Shown: positions 9,316 to 20,129, numbered from the stretch's first letter. The stretch: 32,000 nucleotides of DNA from an uncultured Nitrospinota bacterium (GCA_964570665.1 CAZMZH010000016.1:9642-41641), one strand, 5' to 3'. Program-made: numbers and translations. The notes: generated by a model from the letters alone, not told the origin.

Positions 9316-9418
9316 AAGCTGTTTATTGATTCCATTGAGTCCATTAATTCTGCTACGAGAGGAAATTTCTATCAAGGTTTTATCAAGGTCCTAATTGTAT
9401 TTCCGAGATCCCCTCCCT
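9316..9418. repeat. Copy A of a ~100 bp degenerate direct repeat (exact 21-bp core TATCAAGGTTTTATCAAGGTC at 9370-9390)
   Basis: Aligns with 17751-17850 over agctgt..ccattg.gtc.atta.tt...tatcaaggttttatcaaggtc...atttccga. Confidence 0.65.
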
Positions 9419-9423
9419 CTTTA

Positions 9424-12400
9424 CTAAACTAGTTCCGCTTTGGGCTGACTATCAATTGTTGGTGAATTTATAACACTACTACTTTCTCTGACTTTGGGAT
9501 AAGGACCAAATTTTAAATATAGGGCGGGTAGAAAAACAAGATTCAATAAGGTTGAGGTGATCAACCCACCTAGAATAACTATGGCTAAGGGATGTTCGAT
9601 TTCTTGACCAGGTTGTAGTCCTGTCAATACGATAGGCAATAACGCTAAACCAGTGGTCAGAGCTGTCATAAGAATTGGGGCTAAACGTTCAGTGGCCCCA
9701 CGAATTGCGAGATCCAGTCCAAAGGGAACGTCCTCCTCCATTTCCAAATGTCGGTAATGGCTGATGAGCATGATTGCATTGCGTACGGCAATACCCAGCA
9801 CAGTGATAAAACCGATCTGAGAACCCAACGAAAGGACGCCATCGGTTAAAAAGACGCTGATTACTCCGCCAACCAATGCAAAAGGCAACGTGAAAAAAAT
9901 TAATAATGCCAAACGCGCCGAATCGAAATGAGCGTGGAGGATGAGAAAAATTCCGAGTAAAGCGAGAATTGACCATTCGATCAATTTATTTTTAGCTTCC
10001 TGGCGGGCGGCGAATTCTCCTAAAAACTCTGGATAGTATCCTCTTTCGAAATCAAGACCTCGCACTGCGGTTTCAATTTCGCGAGCGACACTACCTAAAT
10101 CCTTTCCTTTGACGTTACAAGTGACGTCGATTCTTCTAGATGCGGCTTCGCGTGTGATTTGATTTGGAGTCGGGTTGATCGTGACATGAGCAACCTGTCC
10201 GAATGGGATATGTCCTCCAGAGGGAGTTTCAATCATCATAGAACGTAACGCGCTAACGTTTTGTTGAAGGCGAGGAACACCTCGGACAACCACATCGTCA
10301 ACTCGTTGCTTATGATAAATTTCTCCAACTTTCGTCCCTTGCATCAAAGTCGTTGCGGCGCTACGCACATCTCCTGGGGTCAGGCCAAATAAGTTTCCAG
10401 CATCCTTTTTAAATTTAACTTCAACTTGCGGAACTAAAACTTGAGGCTGAACCTTTAGATCAGACACGCCAATGATAGGGCGTATCGTATCAGCAACTTC
10501 TCCCGCTTTCGATCGAAGCTTTTCAAGGTTCTCTCCATATATCCGCACAACAATTGTTGCGCTCGCGCCGGTTAAAACTTCCTTGATGCGTTCTCGCAAA
10601 TATGTCAACAGATCCCGATACAATCCCGGGTAACCGTCCACCACTTCCTGAATTTTTTCTACGGTCGAATCGTAATTCACTTTTGGATCGAGACTGACCC
10701 AAAGCTCTGTAAAATTTGGACCAACCACTTCATCGGCCACTTCTGCCCTGCCAATGTGGGACCCAAAATTACGAACGCCGGGAATAGCGAGCAGTTCCTT
10801 ACTCACTCGTTTAGTGATGCGAACCATGGCTTCAAGCGAGGTTCCGGGTTTTTCAACCCAATGCATTAAAAAATCGTATTCCTTAAATTTTGGCAAAAAC
10901 TCTTCTCCTAATAAGGGTGTTAAAAGTAACGTGATACCCAAAGCGCTGGATATAATTAGTAATGCTAATTTCGGAAAACGAACGAAAAGCGGAAGCGATT
11001 TTCCGTACGCCAATTGGATTACCTTAACCAGTAGCGATTCCTTCTTCCCAGACTTTGCCACGCTTGGAAGTAGGATGAGAGAAAACGCCGGAGTAATTGT
11101 CAAAGCTACAAATAAAGAAGCTCCAATGGCCAGCACATAAGATAGAGCCAAGGGAGCAAAAAATGCGCCAACCAATCCTTCGAGAAAAAACACCGGGAAC
11201 ACGACTAAAACAACGATTAAACTTCCGTAAACCACCGCGCTTCGGACTTCAAAAGTTGCTTTGAGAACCACATGGAAGGCGTTTTGAGGATTATCTGCAT
11301 TAGCGTTCTCTCTCAGGCGACGTGTGATATTTTCAACGCCAATAATGGCATCATCCACAACACTGCCGAGCGCAATAATCAAACCCGCTAAAACCATCGT
11401 ATTAATAGTCTCTCCTCGATAATAAAGGATCAGCAAAGCGGTGATGAGAGATAAAGGAATAGCTAAAATACTGATAAATGCAGTTCGCCAATCATTGAGA
11501 AAAAATATCAAAACAACCACGACCAATAAACAACCAATCAAAAGAGCTTGATTTAAGTTCTTCAAGGACATTTCAATAAAGGTTGCAGGACGGAATATGG
11601 TGGAATCGATGTCAATATCCTGAAGCCCCGGACGTATACCGTCCAGCGTTTTTTCGATATTGCGCGTGACTTCAAAGGTATTGCCCCACGGCTGCTTCTC
11701 GACAATCAACAACAATCCGGTTTCCCCATTGATGACGGCATCTCCTATTGGAGGTGGGTAGCTTTCCACAACATCGCTGATATCGCCAAGCGTAATCGGA
11801 GCGCCGTTTATAAAGGTGACGACTACTTCGGAAAGTTGCTGAGGGGTTTGAATATCCGGAATATGCGAGATCGCCAACCGTTGATTGGGTGTGTCGATAA
11901 AACCGCCGCCACTGACGGTAAAGGCATCGCCAGTTGCGCGAACGATTTCCTTCAAGCTCACCCCGTTAGCCATCAAACGATCTGGGTCGACCTGAACCTG
12001 GAGTTGGCGATCACGCTGCCCCCATATTGCAACATTGGCGACACCGGGAATTGCCATCAAACGAGGTCGAATTGTCCACTTACCCACCGTGGTCATTTCC
12101 ATTTGCGAAAGTTTTGAAGACGTCATACCGATTTTCAAAACCCGGCTTGTAGACGATAAAGGAGAAAGAATCACCGGATGACTGGCAACAACGGGCAATA
12201 ACGCAGGAGCTCGTGATAAGCGTTCTTGCACCAATTGACGAGCCTGGATTAAGTCTGTACCTTCTTTAAAGATCAGAGTAACGGATGATAAACCGAGTAC
12301 CGTTTTGGATCGCAAGGTTTTCAGCCAAGTCGTTCCATTGAGCAAACTTTCCAAGGGCACGGTAATCAGGGCTTCAACTTCGGCGGTGGACAATCCCGGA

Positions 12401-12558
12401 GCTTCCGTTTGAACTTCCACTAGTGGAGGAGCAAATTCAGGAAAGACATCTAAAGGGGATTTTTGGATTATCTGGAAACCCACAACTATGAAAACGACTC
12501 CAAGAATTGCAGTGGCAACGCGAAGGCGAAGAGCTGTTGATATCAACCAATGGATCAT
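9424..12558 (-). CDS. Heavy-metal efflux RND permease (CusA/CzcA family)
   Basis: [49 protein letters not shown]; 1044 aa with RND TM organisation. Confidence 0.92.
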   Translation of the reverse strand: MIHWLISTALRLRVATAILGVVFIVVGFQIIQKSPLDVFPEFAPPLVEVQTEAPGLSTAEVEALITVPLESLLNGTTWLKTLRSKTVLGLSSVTLIFKEGTDLIQARQLVQERLSRAPALLPVVASHPVILSPLSSTSRVLKIGMTSSKLSQMEMTTVGKWTIRPRLMAIPGVANVAIWGQRDRQLQVQVDPDRLMANGVSLKEIVRATGDAFTVSGGGFIDTPNQRLAISHIPDIQTPQQLSEVVVTFINGAPITLGDISDVVESYPPPIGDAVINGETGLLLIVEKQPWGNTFEVTRNIEKTLDGIRPGLQDIDIDSTIFRPATFIEMSLKNLNQALLIGCLLVVVVLIFFLNDWRTAFISILAIPLSLITALLILYYRGETINTMVLAGLIIALGSVVDDAIIGVENITRRLRENANADNPQNAFHVVLKATFEVRSAVVYGSLIVVLVVFPVFFLEGLVGAFFAPLALSYVLAIGASLFVALTITPAFSLILLPSVAKSGKKESLLVKVIQLAYGKSLPLFVRFPKLALLIISSALGITLLLTPLLGEEFLPKFKEYDFLMHWVEKPGTSLEAMVRITKRVSKELLAIPGVRNFGSHIGRAEVADEVVGPNFTELWVSLDPKVNYDSTVEKIQEVVDGYPGLYRDLLTYLRERIKEVLTGASATIVVRIYGENLEKLRSKAGEVADTIRPIIGVSDLKVQPQVLVPQVEVKFKKDAGNLFGLTPGDVRSAATTLMQGTKVGEIYHKQRVDDVVVRGVPRLQQNVSALRSMMIETPSGGHIPFGQVAHVTINPTPNQITREAASRRIDVTCNVKGKDLGSVAREIETAVRGLDFERGYYPEFLGEFAARQEAKNKLIEWSILALLGIFLILHAHFDSARLALLIFFTLPFALVGGVISVFLTDGVLSLGSQIGFITVLGIAVRNAIMLISHYRHLEMEEDVPFGLDLAIRGATERLAPILMTALTTGLALLPIVLTGLQPGQEIEHPLAIVILGGLITSTLLNLVFLPALYLKFGPYPKVRESSSVINSPTIDSQPKAELV

Positions 12559-13784
12559 TTACCGCTCCCGAACTCTGTTCCAAAGAGTTCTGCCGCCCCA
12601 GCGCTGACGACGCTCGTTCCTTCTTCTGGGCCACGATCCAAGACCGCCCAATCGTTTACGACCGCGATCAACTCAATTCTGCTACGGATGAATTTATTCG
12701 TTTTGGTGTTTTTATAAACCCAGGTTCCACCGTGAATATCGTACAAAACAGCAGACTGGGGTACCGTCAAACCTTTTTCTTGATTTTTCATCTCCAGCGT
12801 AACCATGACTTTTTCCCCAGGTTGGAACTTGTTATCGCGAAGGGGTAGTTCGAAGTAAAGATCCACTGAAGCCGCAAATGGATTAGCCGATGGAGGAGCC
12901 ATTACAGGATGAGCGCGAATTCCTTTAGATTGGGAACCGTCCGAAAGGTTCCGTACGATAATCATTTGATCAGGGTCAATTTGATTGATCAAACCGGCGT
13001 ACACCGGAACGCGGACCCATAAGTTGTTTTGAGCGGCCATTTCAAATAGCGGCGATCCCGCAGACACACGCTGCCCTGAGGCAACATGCAAATTTTTAAG
13101 AATACCGCCAATGGGAGCTCCCACTTCCAATGGAGCAAATTCCTTTGCGGAAGCGTTAAAATCCTTATTATCGAGAAGATTGACCATGGCTTTGGCCAAC
13201 CGTAATCTTGTTTTGGAATTCTCAAGCCCACTCAACGCCTCTTCTTGAGCTCGGACGCTGCCAGCGCCTTCTTTTAATAATTGAGTTGCCCGTCCAGCTT
13301 TTTGTTTAGCCAGCAAAAACTGGTTTTGGGCAACCTTCAGATTGTCTTTCGCATTGAGCAAATCTTTTTCGGGTGGGAGCATCAATAACCGCATGACGGT
13401 TTCATCCAGAATTAGACTTGCGCCCACTGGAGGAATTCTAATTTTCTCGGGATCTAAAACAATCCCAGATAGTGGAGCGGATACGGTGATGGTTTGACCC
13501 GGCGGTACCATGATCTCCCCACCCAGAATTCTAGTTTTTTGGATCGTACGCCGCTCAACAGTAGCAGTTTGGATTCCTAATCGTTCTCTTGCCGCATTGG
13601 TAAGGGTGATCGTTACAAGCGAGCCTTCTTTGACAGAAGTTTTGACAGGGTTTATTTTTTCAGACTTTTCATTATGGGGCGCTATATTTTTTTGAATTAA
13701 GTCGCAGCTACAGAGGGAAAAGGTCAATAGAATTACAAACAAAAACCGTGAGTATTTATTCAATATATTTCGTAAACAATTCAT
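12555..13784 (-). CDS. RND efflux periplasmic adaptor (CusB/CzcB type), lipoprotein-like
   Basis: Lipobox-like [78 protein letters not shown]. Confidence 0.87.
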   Translation of the reverse strand: MNCLRNILNKYSRFLFVILLTFSLCSCDLIQKNIAPHNEKSEKINPVKTSVKEGSLVTITLTNAARERLGIQTATVERRTIQKTRILGGEIMVPPGQTITVSAPLSGIVLDPEKIRIPPVGASLILDETVMRLLMLPPEKDLLNAKDNLKVAQNQFLLAKQKAGRATQLLKEGAGSVRAQEEALSGLENSKTRLRLAKAMVNLLDNKDFNASAKEFAPLEVGAPIGGILKNLHVASGQRVSAGSPLFEMAAQNNLWVRVPVYAGLINQIDPDQMIIVRNLSDGSQSKGIRAHPVMAPPSANPFAASVDLYFELPLRDNKFQPGEKVMVTLEMKNQEKGLTVPQSAVLYDIHGGTWVYKNTKTNKFIRSRIELIAVVNDWAVLDRGPEEGTSVVSAGAAELFGTEFGSGK

Positions 13785-15148
13785 GATGAAAACGTTTTTA
13801 AAAATTCTACGGGTCTACCGATACTGTGCCCTAACAGAGCGGATTTACGCCCCAATTCAGCCAAAACCTCTGTTTGTTTTAGCTTTGTTTGAATGAAACC
13901 CCGTTGTACTTCCAAGTTCGACAGGTAAGAGATTTCTCCATTTTTCAAAGCTTCTTTGGATAGATTTAACTTTTGCACTTGTTGTGGAAAGATCTTCTGT
14001 GTAATGAGTTCCAATAGTTTCAGAGTGGAAATGTATTGAGTATAGGATTCTCTGACTGACAACTTAATTTGTTCACGAACCGCAATATATCGTTTAACGG
14101 CTGAATCGAGTTGAGCTTGGGCGCGAGCAATACCACCTTCGTTTAGGTTCATGATGGGAATATCAATCTTGAATCCCGGTCCAACTTCGGTGTTGTTCTC
14201 GTTCGCATCCAAAATCGCAATGAAGTTAAAAATCTTTTTTTCTTCCCATCCGATTTGTTCTCCTGCGGATTCGATCTCCAATTCGGCTATTCTCATATCA
14301 GGTCTGGACGCTAAGGCAATCTCAATTAAGGCGGTCAAATCCTTTTTGAGGTTTGAGGCAGAAGTCGTCGGGACAAGCTTCAAATCTTTTTCAAAATCGA
14401 TTCCAAGGAAAGATCGTAATCGGTGTCGAAAGGTGATTTCGTCGTGCGCTAAACGATTACTCTGTTCCAATGCGTTTAAGGCGTCGATTTTTTTTTGCTG
14501 GGCTTCCAGTTCGCTGATATCGCCTAAGCGAAGTCGGGCTTGAGTGATCTTGGAAATTTCATCCAATAAGCGGACGTTTTCTTTTGCCAACGACAAGGCT
14601 TTTTTGGTTTGTAGCAGATTCAAATAAGCAATCTGGGTATCGCGTGCGAGATTCAAACCGTTTTGAATCAAATTGTCGGCAACACGGCTGGCGTTCAATT
14701 TGGCGACAGCAATTCGGTGTGGTCTGACCCTTAGTTCGGATGCTGGCCACATCAACCAAGCTTCCAATTGTTTAGGGCCAATGGGAAATAATAAAGAAAA
14801 GTTAGGATTCTTGATAAGACCGGCCTGCAACACTTCGGCTCGGGAAACTCCTAACTGTGCAAGGTCCGCTTGAAATGCGGCATTGTTCCAAAGCGCGATG
14901 GCAACCGCAGCCTGTTCACTCAAGCCCCGCTCAATAGAAATTCCTGGAGGAATTTGACGATTTCCATAAACGGGATCAGGAGTGACCCTTCCTCCGATGT
15001 TTTTTTCAATCTCGGTCGAGACATATTCGAATGAAGAATTAGAAATTTGATTGGCGCATCCGGTTAAAACCAGCCCTATAGAAAACGCTCTAAGAGCGAT
15101 ATACAAATGAAATTTTACTAACCGTCCCATTTTTTTCACACTTCCCAA
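13781..15148 (-). CDS. Outer-membrane efflux protein (TolC/CusC/CzcC family)
   Basis: GISIERGLSEQAAVAIALWNNAAFQADLAQLGVSRAEVLQAGLIKNPNFSLLFP, coiled-coil TolC repeats; 4-bp overlap with adaptor gene. Confidence 0.85.
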   Translation of the reverse strand: MGSVKKMGRLVKFHLYIALRAFSIGLVLTGCANQISNSSFEYVSTEIEKNIGGRVTPDPVYGNRQIPPGISIERGLSEQAAVAIALWNNAAFQADLAQLGVSRAEVLQAGLIKNPNFSLLFPIGPKQLEAWLMWPASELRVRPHRIAVAKLNASRVADNLIQNGLNLARDTQIAYLNLLQTKKALSLAKENVRLLDEISKITQARLRLGDISELEAQQKKIDALNALEQSNRLAHDEITFRHRLRSFLGIDFEKDLKLVPTTSASNLKKDLTALIEIALASRPDMRIAELEIESAGEQIGWEEKKIFNFIAILDANENNTEVGPGFKIDIPIMNLNEGGIARAQAQLDSAVKRYIAVREQIKLSVRESYTQYISTLKLLELITQKIFPQQVQKLNLSKEALKNGEISYLSNLEVQRGFIQTKLKQTEVLAELGRKSALLGHSIGRPVEFLKTFSS

Positions 15149-15262
15149 TCATAGACAGACCAAAAAATCCTTTTAGTTCTAAGGCTTTGAAAATTGATTG
15201 AATTAACAATCCTATTTCAAACTTATGTATTGAAAAGTATACGGAATGATGAGTTGGAAGGA

Positions 15263-15290
15263 CGTCAAAAAAGCGTTAAAAAAACGTTAA
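15263..15290 (-). promoter_or_regulatory. Putative OmpR/PhoB-type response-regulator binding site upstream of the efflux genes
   Basis: Direct repeats CGTCAA (15263), CGTTAA (15274), CGTTAA (15285) with exact 11-bp periodicity. Confidence 0.4.
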
Positions 15291-15309
15291 ATTTAGAAGC
15301 TGATCTAAA

Positions 15310-16611
15310 TTAAGATGGAAATACTGGAGTTTCGATAGGTTCGGCAAATGTCAATATGAACCGACTACCATGTGGTTCAACCGGTTCCAACCCAATATTC
15401 CAATGGTGGTAATCACAAATGCGCCTCACAATGGACAATCCCAACCCTTCGCCTTGTGGTTCATTTTTTAGTAATGAGATTTGGTAATGACGTTCAAATA
15501 TTGAATCCTTAAACTCTTCTGGAATCCCACGGCCAGTATCCTCTACATGGATCGATTCCGGATTTAAGGTCACGGTGATCGCCCCTTGGTTCGTATGATG
15601 GATCGCGTTGCGTAGGAGATTTTTGATAACTACCCGAAATAATTGAGGATTTCCATTAATTTGGAGTACGCCATTAGTTTTGAAATAAATTAGCACTTCT
15701 TTGGTCTCCACCTCTTCGCGGATTTCTTCAATCTCCTGGTGAATCATTGGTTCCACTTGAATATCTTTAAAATGAGTTGCAGAGTTAGCATTATCTCTGG
15801 ATAAAGTTAGGAATGTATCAACTAGCGATCGCATTTCCTTGGACGCTTGATGAATTCGTTGGATAGTTTCCCTTCGTTTATTATCGTTATCGGGAGTCTC
15901 TAATAACACCTCGCAGGAACTTGAAATTACCATTAAAGGGGTTCTTAATTCATGGCTGACGTCTCCGGTAAATAATTTCTCGCGTTCGAGAAAAGCTTGG
16001 AGTTTTTCCGCATATTGCCCAAATGTATTTGCCAACATCCCAACCTCGTCATTGGAATAATCCTTAGCGAATTCTTTTATATTTGCTTCGGTGGGGTTAA
16101 CGTTGTCCACATGATTGGCAAGCTCAATAACAGGAGCAATAATTTTGTTAGCCGTTACAAACCCCAACCAAATCGATCCGGCTAAAGCGATAATAAATCC
16201 AATGGCAATGGTCGCTCCAATGCTTTGTTCCAAGTTTTCGAATTGGCTTTGGTCCTGAACCAGGAAATAGCGAGTCTTACCCTCGTTTCGAACAACAACA
16301 TGATAGGCTTTATTATCGAGAAAAATTTCGGAGTGGTCTTTTTTTAGGTCTTTTAAGTATTGGGGAAAACCGGAGGATTGATTTTCTTTTTGGATATAAA
16401 GTTTAACTCCGGAAGGTAGATCGGTCGTTAACCCATTCTTTGCAGCTTTGATCAGCCACTCTGCATCCTGCTCAAGATGGCGATAGAAGAGGTCGCTTTC
16501 CAATCCATGGATTATTGAAAATACACTGACACCAAAGGCCCCGCATAAGATTAGGGTGAGTAAAAAAAAAGCGATGACCAATCGGTTGCGAAGTGTTTGC
16601 TTAAACTTCAT
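15310..16611 (-). CDS. Sensor histidine kinase (HAMP, HisKA, HATPase)
   Basis: FTGDVSHELRTPLMVI, NLLRNAIHHT, VEDTGRGIP, GLGLSIVRRIC. Confidence 0.92.
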   Translation of the reverse strand: MKFKQTLRNRLVIAFFLLTLILCGAFGVSVFSIIHGLESDLFYRHLEQDAEWLIKAAKNGLTTDLPSGVKLYIQKENQSSGFPQYLKDLKKDHSEIFLDNKAYHVVVRNEGKTRYFLVQDQSQFENLEQSIGATIAIGFIIALAGSIWLGFVTANKIIAPVIELANHVDNVNPTEANIKEFAKDYSNDEVGMLANTFGQYAEKLQAFLEREKLFTGDVSHELRTPLMVISSSCEVLLETPDNDNKRRETIQRIHQASKEMRSLVDTFLTLSRDNANSATHFKDIQVEPMIHQEIEEIREEVETKEVLIYFKTNGVLQINGNPQLFRVVIKNLLRNAIHHTNQGAITVTLNPESIHVEDTGRGIPEEFKDSIFERHYQISLLKNEPQGEGLGLSIVRRICDYHHWNIGLEPVEPHGSRFILTFAEPIETPVFPS

Positions 16612-17288
16612 GGGGATTCATCGATCAATCGATACCCAATTCGAGTAACGGTTACCAAGGATTCTTTTTTAAACGGCTTATCAATAGATTGCCGCAATGC
16701 ATGAATATGGGTACGCAACGCGTCGCTTTCGCATAGTTCGTCTCCCCAAATCAACTCTTCCAGCTTTTCCTTTTTGACGACATCTGGCGAAACGCGCATC
16801 AAGCACTCTAAAACTTTTAAACCAATCGGGCCAATTTTGATCGGTGTCTCTGAACGTTTCACCTCTAGCGTGGTGGTGTTAAATGTTAAATCTCCAACTT
16901 GCAACCAGTTTCCTACTGCTGTCTTTTGGCTTCTTTTAAATACGGCATCGATTCTGGCTTTCAATTCGGACAAATCAAAAGGTTTAACCAAATAGTCGTC
17001 GGCCCCCGCTTCAAATCCAACTAGTTTATCTTTAACTTGGTCCTTAGCCGTTAACATAATAATCGGCGTTTGGTTTTTTGCATCATTGCGGAGCCGTTTG
17101 CATATTGTCACTCCATCAATACCCGGAAGCATAATATCGAGAATGATCAAATCGAATTTCTGCGTTGCCGCCAAGTGTAATCCAGTCAAACCATCCTCGG
17201 CGCAATCGGTCGTGTAACCCCTGCCACTCAAATAATCGGCAATATTTTGAAGGATGTCGCGGTTGTCTTCGATTACAAGAATTTTCAT
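16608..17288 (-). CDS. OmpR-family response regulator
   Basis: MKILVIEDNRDILQNIADYL, DLIILDIMLPGIDG, LTAKDQVKDKLVGFEAGADDYLVKPF, winged-helix C-terminus. Confidence 0.93.
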   Translation of the reverse strand: MKILVIEDNRDILQNIADYLSGRGYTTDCAEDGLTGLHLAATQKFDLIILDIMLPGIDGVTICKRLRNDAKNQTPIIMLTAKDQVKDKLVGFEAGADDYLVKPFDLSELKARIDAVFKRSQKTAVGNWLQVGDLTFNTTTLEVKRSETPIKIGPIGLKVLECLMRVSPDVVKKEKLEELIWGDELCESDALRTHIHALRQSIDKPFKKESLVTVTRIGYRLIDESP

Positions 17289-17750
17289 GTTCGATCTAAA
17301 CCCAAATTAAGCCTTTAGAAATAAGAAAACTGTTTATTAGAGTATACAATTTTCATAGACCAGTGACCCTTAATTTTAAACCTTTGTGGTAAATAAGAAA
17401 TTGCTCCTAGAGTGTCTTTCACTAATTGAGATTAATATTGGATTGATATTATCCTTTTGGGATTTATCTGCTTCCACGTAAATTGTCAAAACCAAATGTA
17501 TATGTATCTTATTTCACTGATTGTGAAAATTAGAAAGTTTTTATGCGCCGCTCAATTCTGATAATTTTAACCAACGTCTTGTCTATGTTGAATGGTTTAT
17601 CTCTTAAAATCCATCGAACTTGAGATTGAAATATTTTTTCTCAATTTATCTCACTTCTTTTTCTCGCTTTTGCTTTTTGGGAACCACATTAATTTGCTAA
17701 ATCGTTTTTCTTTTGGCCATTAAATTAGTAACAACTTCTTTTTATTTGGA

Positions 17751-17850
17751 AGCTGTCGATTAATCCCATTGGGTCGATTATTTCCCTCAAAATGAAAACT
17801 TGTATCAAGGTTTTATCAAGGTCTGTTCCAGATTTCCGAAAATTTTTAAG
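17751..17850. repeat. Copy B of the ~100 bp degenerate direct repeat (exact 21-bp core at 17803-17823)
   Basis: See copy A at 9316-9418; the two copies flank the RND/two-component cassette. Confidence 0.65.
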
Positions 17851-18054
17851 TTAGAATTGTCCCAAATTAACTGATTATTGATTAGTGCATAAAAAATTGA
17901 TAGGGAATCAAAACTCAAAGCTTAATGATAACTTTTCAGCAGGTCCATAGTTCAATTGTGCTGATATTAAGTCAGCAAACGACCCAAAGAGAACATATCA
18001 CGCCGGAAAAAGCAGCTATAGGATTTGGAGGTCAGTAATAATTAAGGGTTTGAG

Positions 18055-18456
18055 TCACTCAGATGAGCAACATCCAGCTTGACCGAAAACGCCATCATAA
18101 GGAATTTCACCTTGTAAACGCTTAACGTAATGATCCGGGTCCTTGCGGAATACTTCTGGGCAATAGGGGCATCGGCAAAAGAATACTTTCCATCCAGCAA
18201 TCTCCATTCGTACTGTCCACTGAACAGGTTTTTCCGCCAAACATGTTGGACATACTACTAAATCCTTGGTTTCTTGAAGATATCGTGGAGGATCTTCATT
18301 GAAGAGGTCAGTGCAGCCCTGGCAACAAAAAAAATATTCTATACCTTCGTAGGTAGTAGTTGTCCATCGATCTTCACCTATTCCAAGTCTAATTAAAGAA
18401 CAACCACAGGTTGGACAAATGGAGGTCACAATCTTTTTTGCTGAGTCAATTGTCAT
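18055..18456 (-). CDS. Cys-rich protein with two TRASH/YHS-like metal-binding units
   Basis: SICPTCGCSL...GIEYFFCCQGCTDLFNEDPPRYL and VVCPTCLAEKPVQWTV...GWKVFFCRCPYCPEVFRKDPDHYV; C-terminal CCSSE. Confidence 0.6.
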   Translation of the reverse strand: MTIDSAKKIVTSICPTCGCSLIRLGIGEDRWTTTTYEGIEYFFCCQGCTDLFNEDPPRYLQETKDLVVCPTCLAEKPVQWTVRMEIAGWKVFFCRCPYCPEVFRKDPDHYVKRLQGEIPYDGVFGQAGCCSSE

Positions 18457-18634
18457 TGCATTGGCTCTTTTCAGTTTGATTCATTTCATCACAACAAGAA
18501 GATTCTTTTTTCTTAGGTAGTAAATCCACTACGAAATCAATCAGTGACTGCAATTTGCTCCTTGTACATTCACAGGCTTCTTCTGAAGAAACTGTCTCCT
18601 CTTCTATCTTGTCCCAATCTACATATTTTTTCAT
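18446..18634 (-). CDS. Small Cys-containing protein, 62 aa, unknown function
   Basis: ACECT...SSCCDEM...SQC; overlaps both operon neighbours (11 bp and 4 bp). Confidence 0.6.
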   Translation of the reverse strand: MKKYVDWDKIEEETVSSEEACECTRSKLQSLIDFVVDLLPKKKESSCCDEMNQTEKSQCNDN

Positions 18635-19500
18635 AGCAACAACGTGCCTCCATAAACTAAAACCAAAAATACTAATATTTTTGCAAAAATTCCACCCGAT
18701 TGTTGGTTTTGCCCTAAATGTGAGTGTCCTTGTGCATCATATCCAATATACCCTCCCAAGGCAATTATCCCTAATGCGGCTTGGGTCTTTAGAACAGGAT
18801 CTGGAAATGATGTTATGGCGAGGGCTAAAATAGGCAGAGATAATGCTAATCCCTTATATAGTAACCTTTCAAATGGAATAAAGTGTTCAATCAATTGCAT
18901 AGAAAAAGCGAAATACCAGACTAAAGCGATCCCTTGTATCCACCAATCTGACGCAAAGAGAACTATTGGGATAATACAAACCAGGGTACAGAAAACAGCA
19001 TGACTGAGGCCCATTTTAAATCGTTCCCAATAGCCATACTCCAGAGCTTGCATATCTTTATTCTTGGTTAGTCCATTATTTAAGAATTCTTTTAAATCAG
19101 TAAAGTAAACCGGACCATATATACCCTCCCAACCATGTTCTTTTAGCTCTTTTCTTTTTACTCCAGCCACGGATAATTGTGGCAGTATTAATTTTTTGTG
19201 ATTCACTAATTTTGCTACATCGTATACTTTCAAGTGTGAAAGAACAGTGTCTGTAGTGAAAACTCCCTCGGCGGCTGCACACCAAACATTTGTTCCTTTG
19301 GTATTAACTACTAAGAGAAAGCAATCTAAAGCCTCCTTTTTTAAATATTCTTTTAAGTGCCTGACTGTGTAATCAAAATTACAGGTAACTAGGATCGGAG
19401 AAGTTTTATCCGGGTTTCCTACAGCAATGGTTTCTGGTTCGCATGGGAATCTGGCAAAACGAAATAGTGTTTGATAAATATCTTTAATCCAGCCAATCAT
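18631..19500 (-). CDS. HgcA-like corrinoid membrane protein (divergent)
   Basis: AVGNPDKTSPILVTCNFDYTVRHLKEYL, NTKGTNVWCAAAEGVFTTDTV (canonical HgcA cap helix is N(V/I)WCA(A/S)GK), KKLILPQLSVAGV, GIYGPVYFTDLKEFL, then a C-terminal multi-TM domain. Confidence 0.75.
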   Translation of the reverse strand: MIGWIKDIYQTLFRFARFPCEPETIAVGNPDKTSPILVTCNFDYTVRHLKEYLKKEALDCFLLVVNTKGTNVWCAAAEGVFTTDTVLSHLKVYDVAKLVNHKKLILPQLSVAGVKRKELKEHGWEGIYGPVYFTDLKEFLNNGLTKNKDMQALEYGYWERFKMGLSHAVFCTLVCIIPIVLFASDWWIQGIALVWYFAFSMQLIEHFIPFERLLYKGLALSLPILALAITSFPDPVLKTQAALGIIALGGYIGYDAQGHSHLGQNQQSGGIFAKILVFLVLVYGGTLLL

Positions 19501-20129
19501 TTTTTAATTTCCAAAAGGATAAACATTCCTAACATAAATGATTTGCAATTAACTTTTTTCAAACCTGCCTCCCTAACTTCCTCCTCAAAATTGGGAATTG
19601 CATTGGTAGTAGTTTGAGTCATTATCCAAGTGAGTAAACGCATTGGCAACCTGAAGGCATAGTAAAAGCATTTAGCTAGAAAGTTTGCTGGAATTATTTC
19701 ATCGCCAATAAAAACTTTTCCTCCATTCTTTAAAATTCTTTTAATCTGCTTCATTACATGAACCCGTTCTGCACGAGTCAGTTCGCTAAATGCCAGCGTA
19801 CTTAAGACGATATCAAACGATTCATCCTCCAAATGCTCATCAAGATTGCTCAAGGAAATATTTAGGTAGCTTGCGGTAGGAGAATTCCTTTTTGCCACTG
19901 CCAGCATACCGCTGTTGGCATCCACTCCGGTAACTTGTGCGCCTCTTTCAATACACATTTGCGCCAAGGTCCCTGTACCACAGCCCAAATCAAGGACTTC
20001 ATCTCCAGACTTGGTTTGAGCGGCAATTTGCTGTTTGATTTTAGTCAAAGATCCTAGAGTTAATAAACCCATACCAATATCGTAACGTTCAGGTCGAGAC
20101 TCAAGAATTTTCATGTAGACAAATGACAT
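19497..20129 (-). CDS. Class I SAM-dependent methyltransferase
   Basis: GDEVLDLGCGTGTLAQMCIERGAQVTGVDANSGMLAVAKRN, DIVLSTLAFSEL. Alternative start possible at MKILESRPERYD. Confidence 0.85.
   Translation of the reverse strand: MSFVYMKILESRPERYDIGMGLLTLGSLTKIKQQIAAQTKSGDEVLDLGCGTGTLAQMCIERGAQVTGVDANSGMLAVAKRNSPTASYLNISLSNLDEHLEDESFDIVLSTLAFSELTRAERVHVMKQIKRILKNGGKVFIGDEIIPANFLAKCFYYAFRLPMRLLTWIMTQTTTNAIPNFEEEVREAGLKKVNCKSFMLGMFILLEIKK

Noticed and set aside
9689-12848. Plus-strand ORFs at 9689-9976, 10754-11140, 11836-12117 and 12507-12848
   Set aside because: All antisense to strong RND permease/adaptor coding sequence.
17933-17995. tRNA T-arm-like text (gcaggtccatagttcaattgtgc) near the Cys-rich operon
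   Set aside because: No matching acceptor or anticodon arms; judged coincidental.
18446-19285. ORFs 18555-18833 (+), 18815-19003 (+) and 19097-19285 (-)
   Set aside because: Overlap the HgcA-like or small Cys genes in other frames without domain features.
18631-19500. Calling the gene hgcA and the organism a mercury methylator
   Set aside because: The cap-helix GK is replaced by AE and no HgcB is visible, so only an HgcA-like label is justified.
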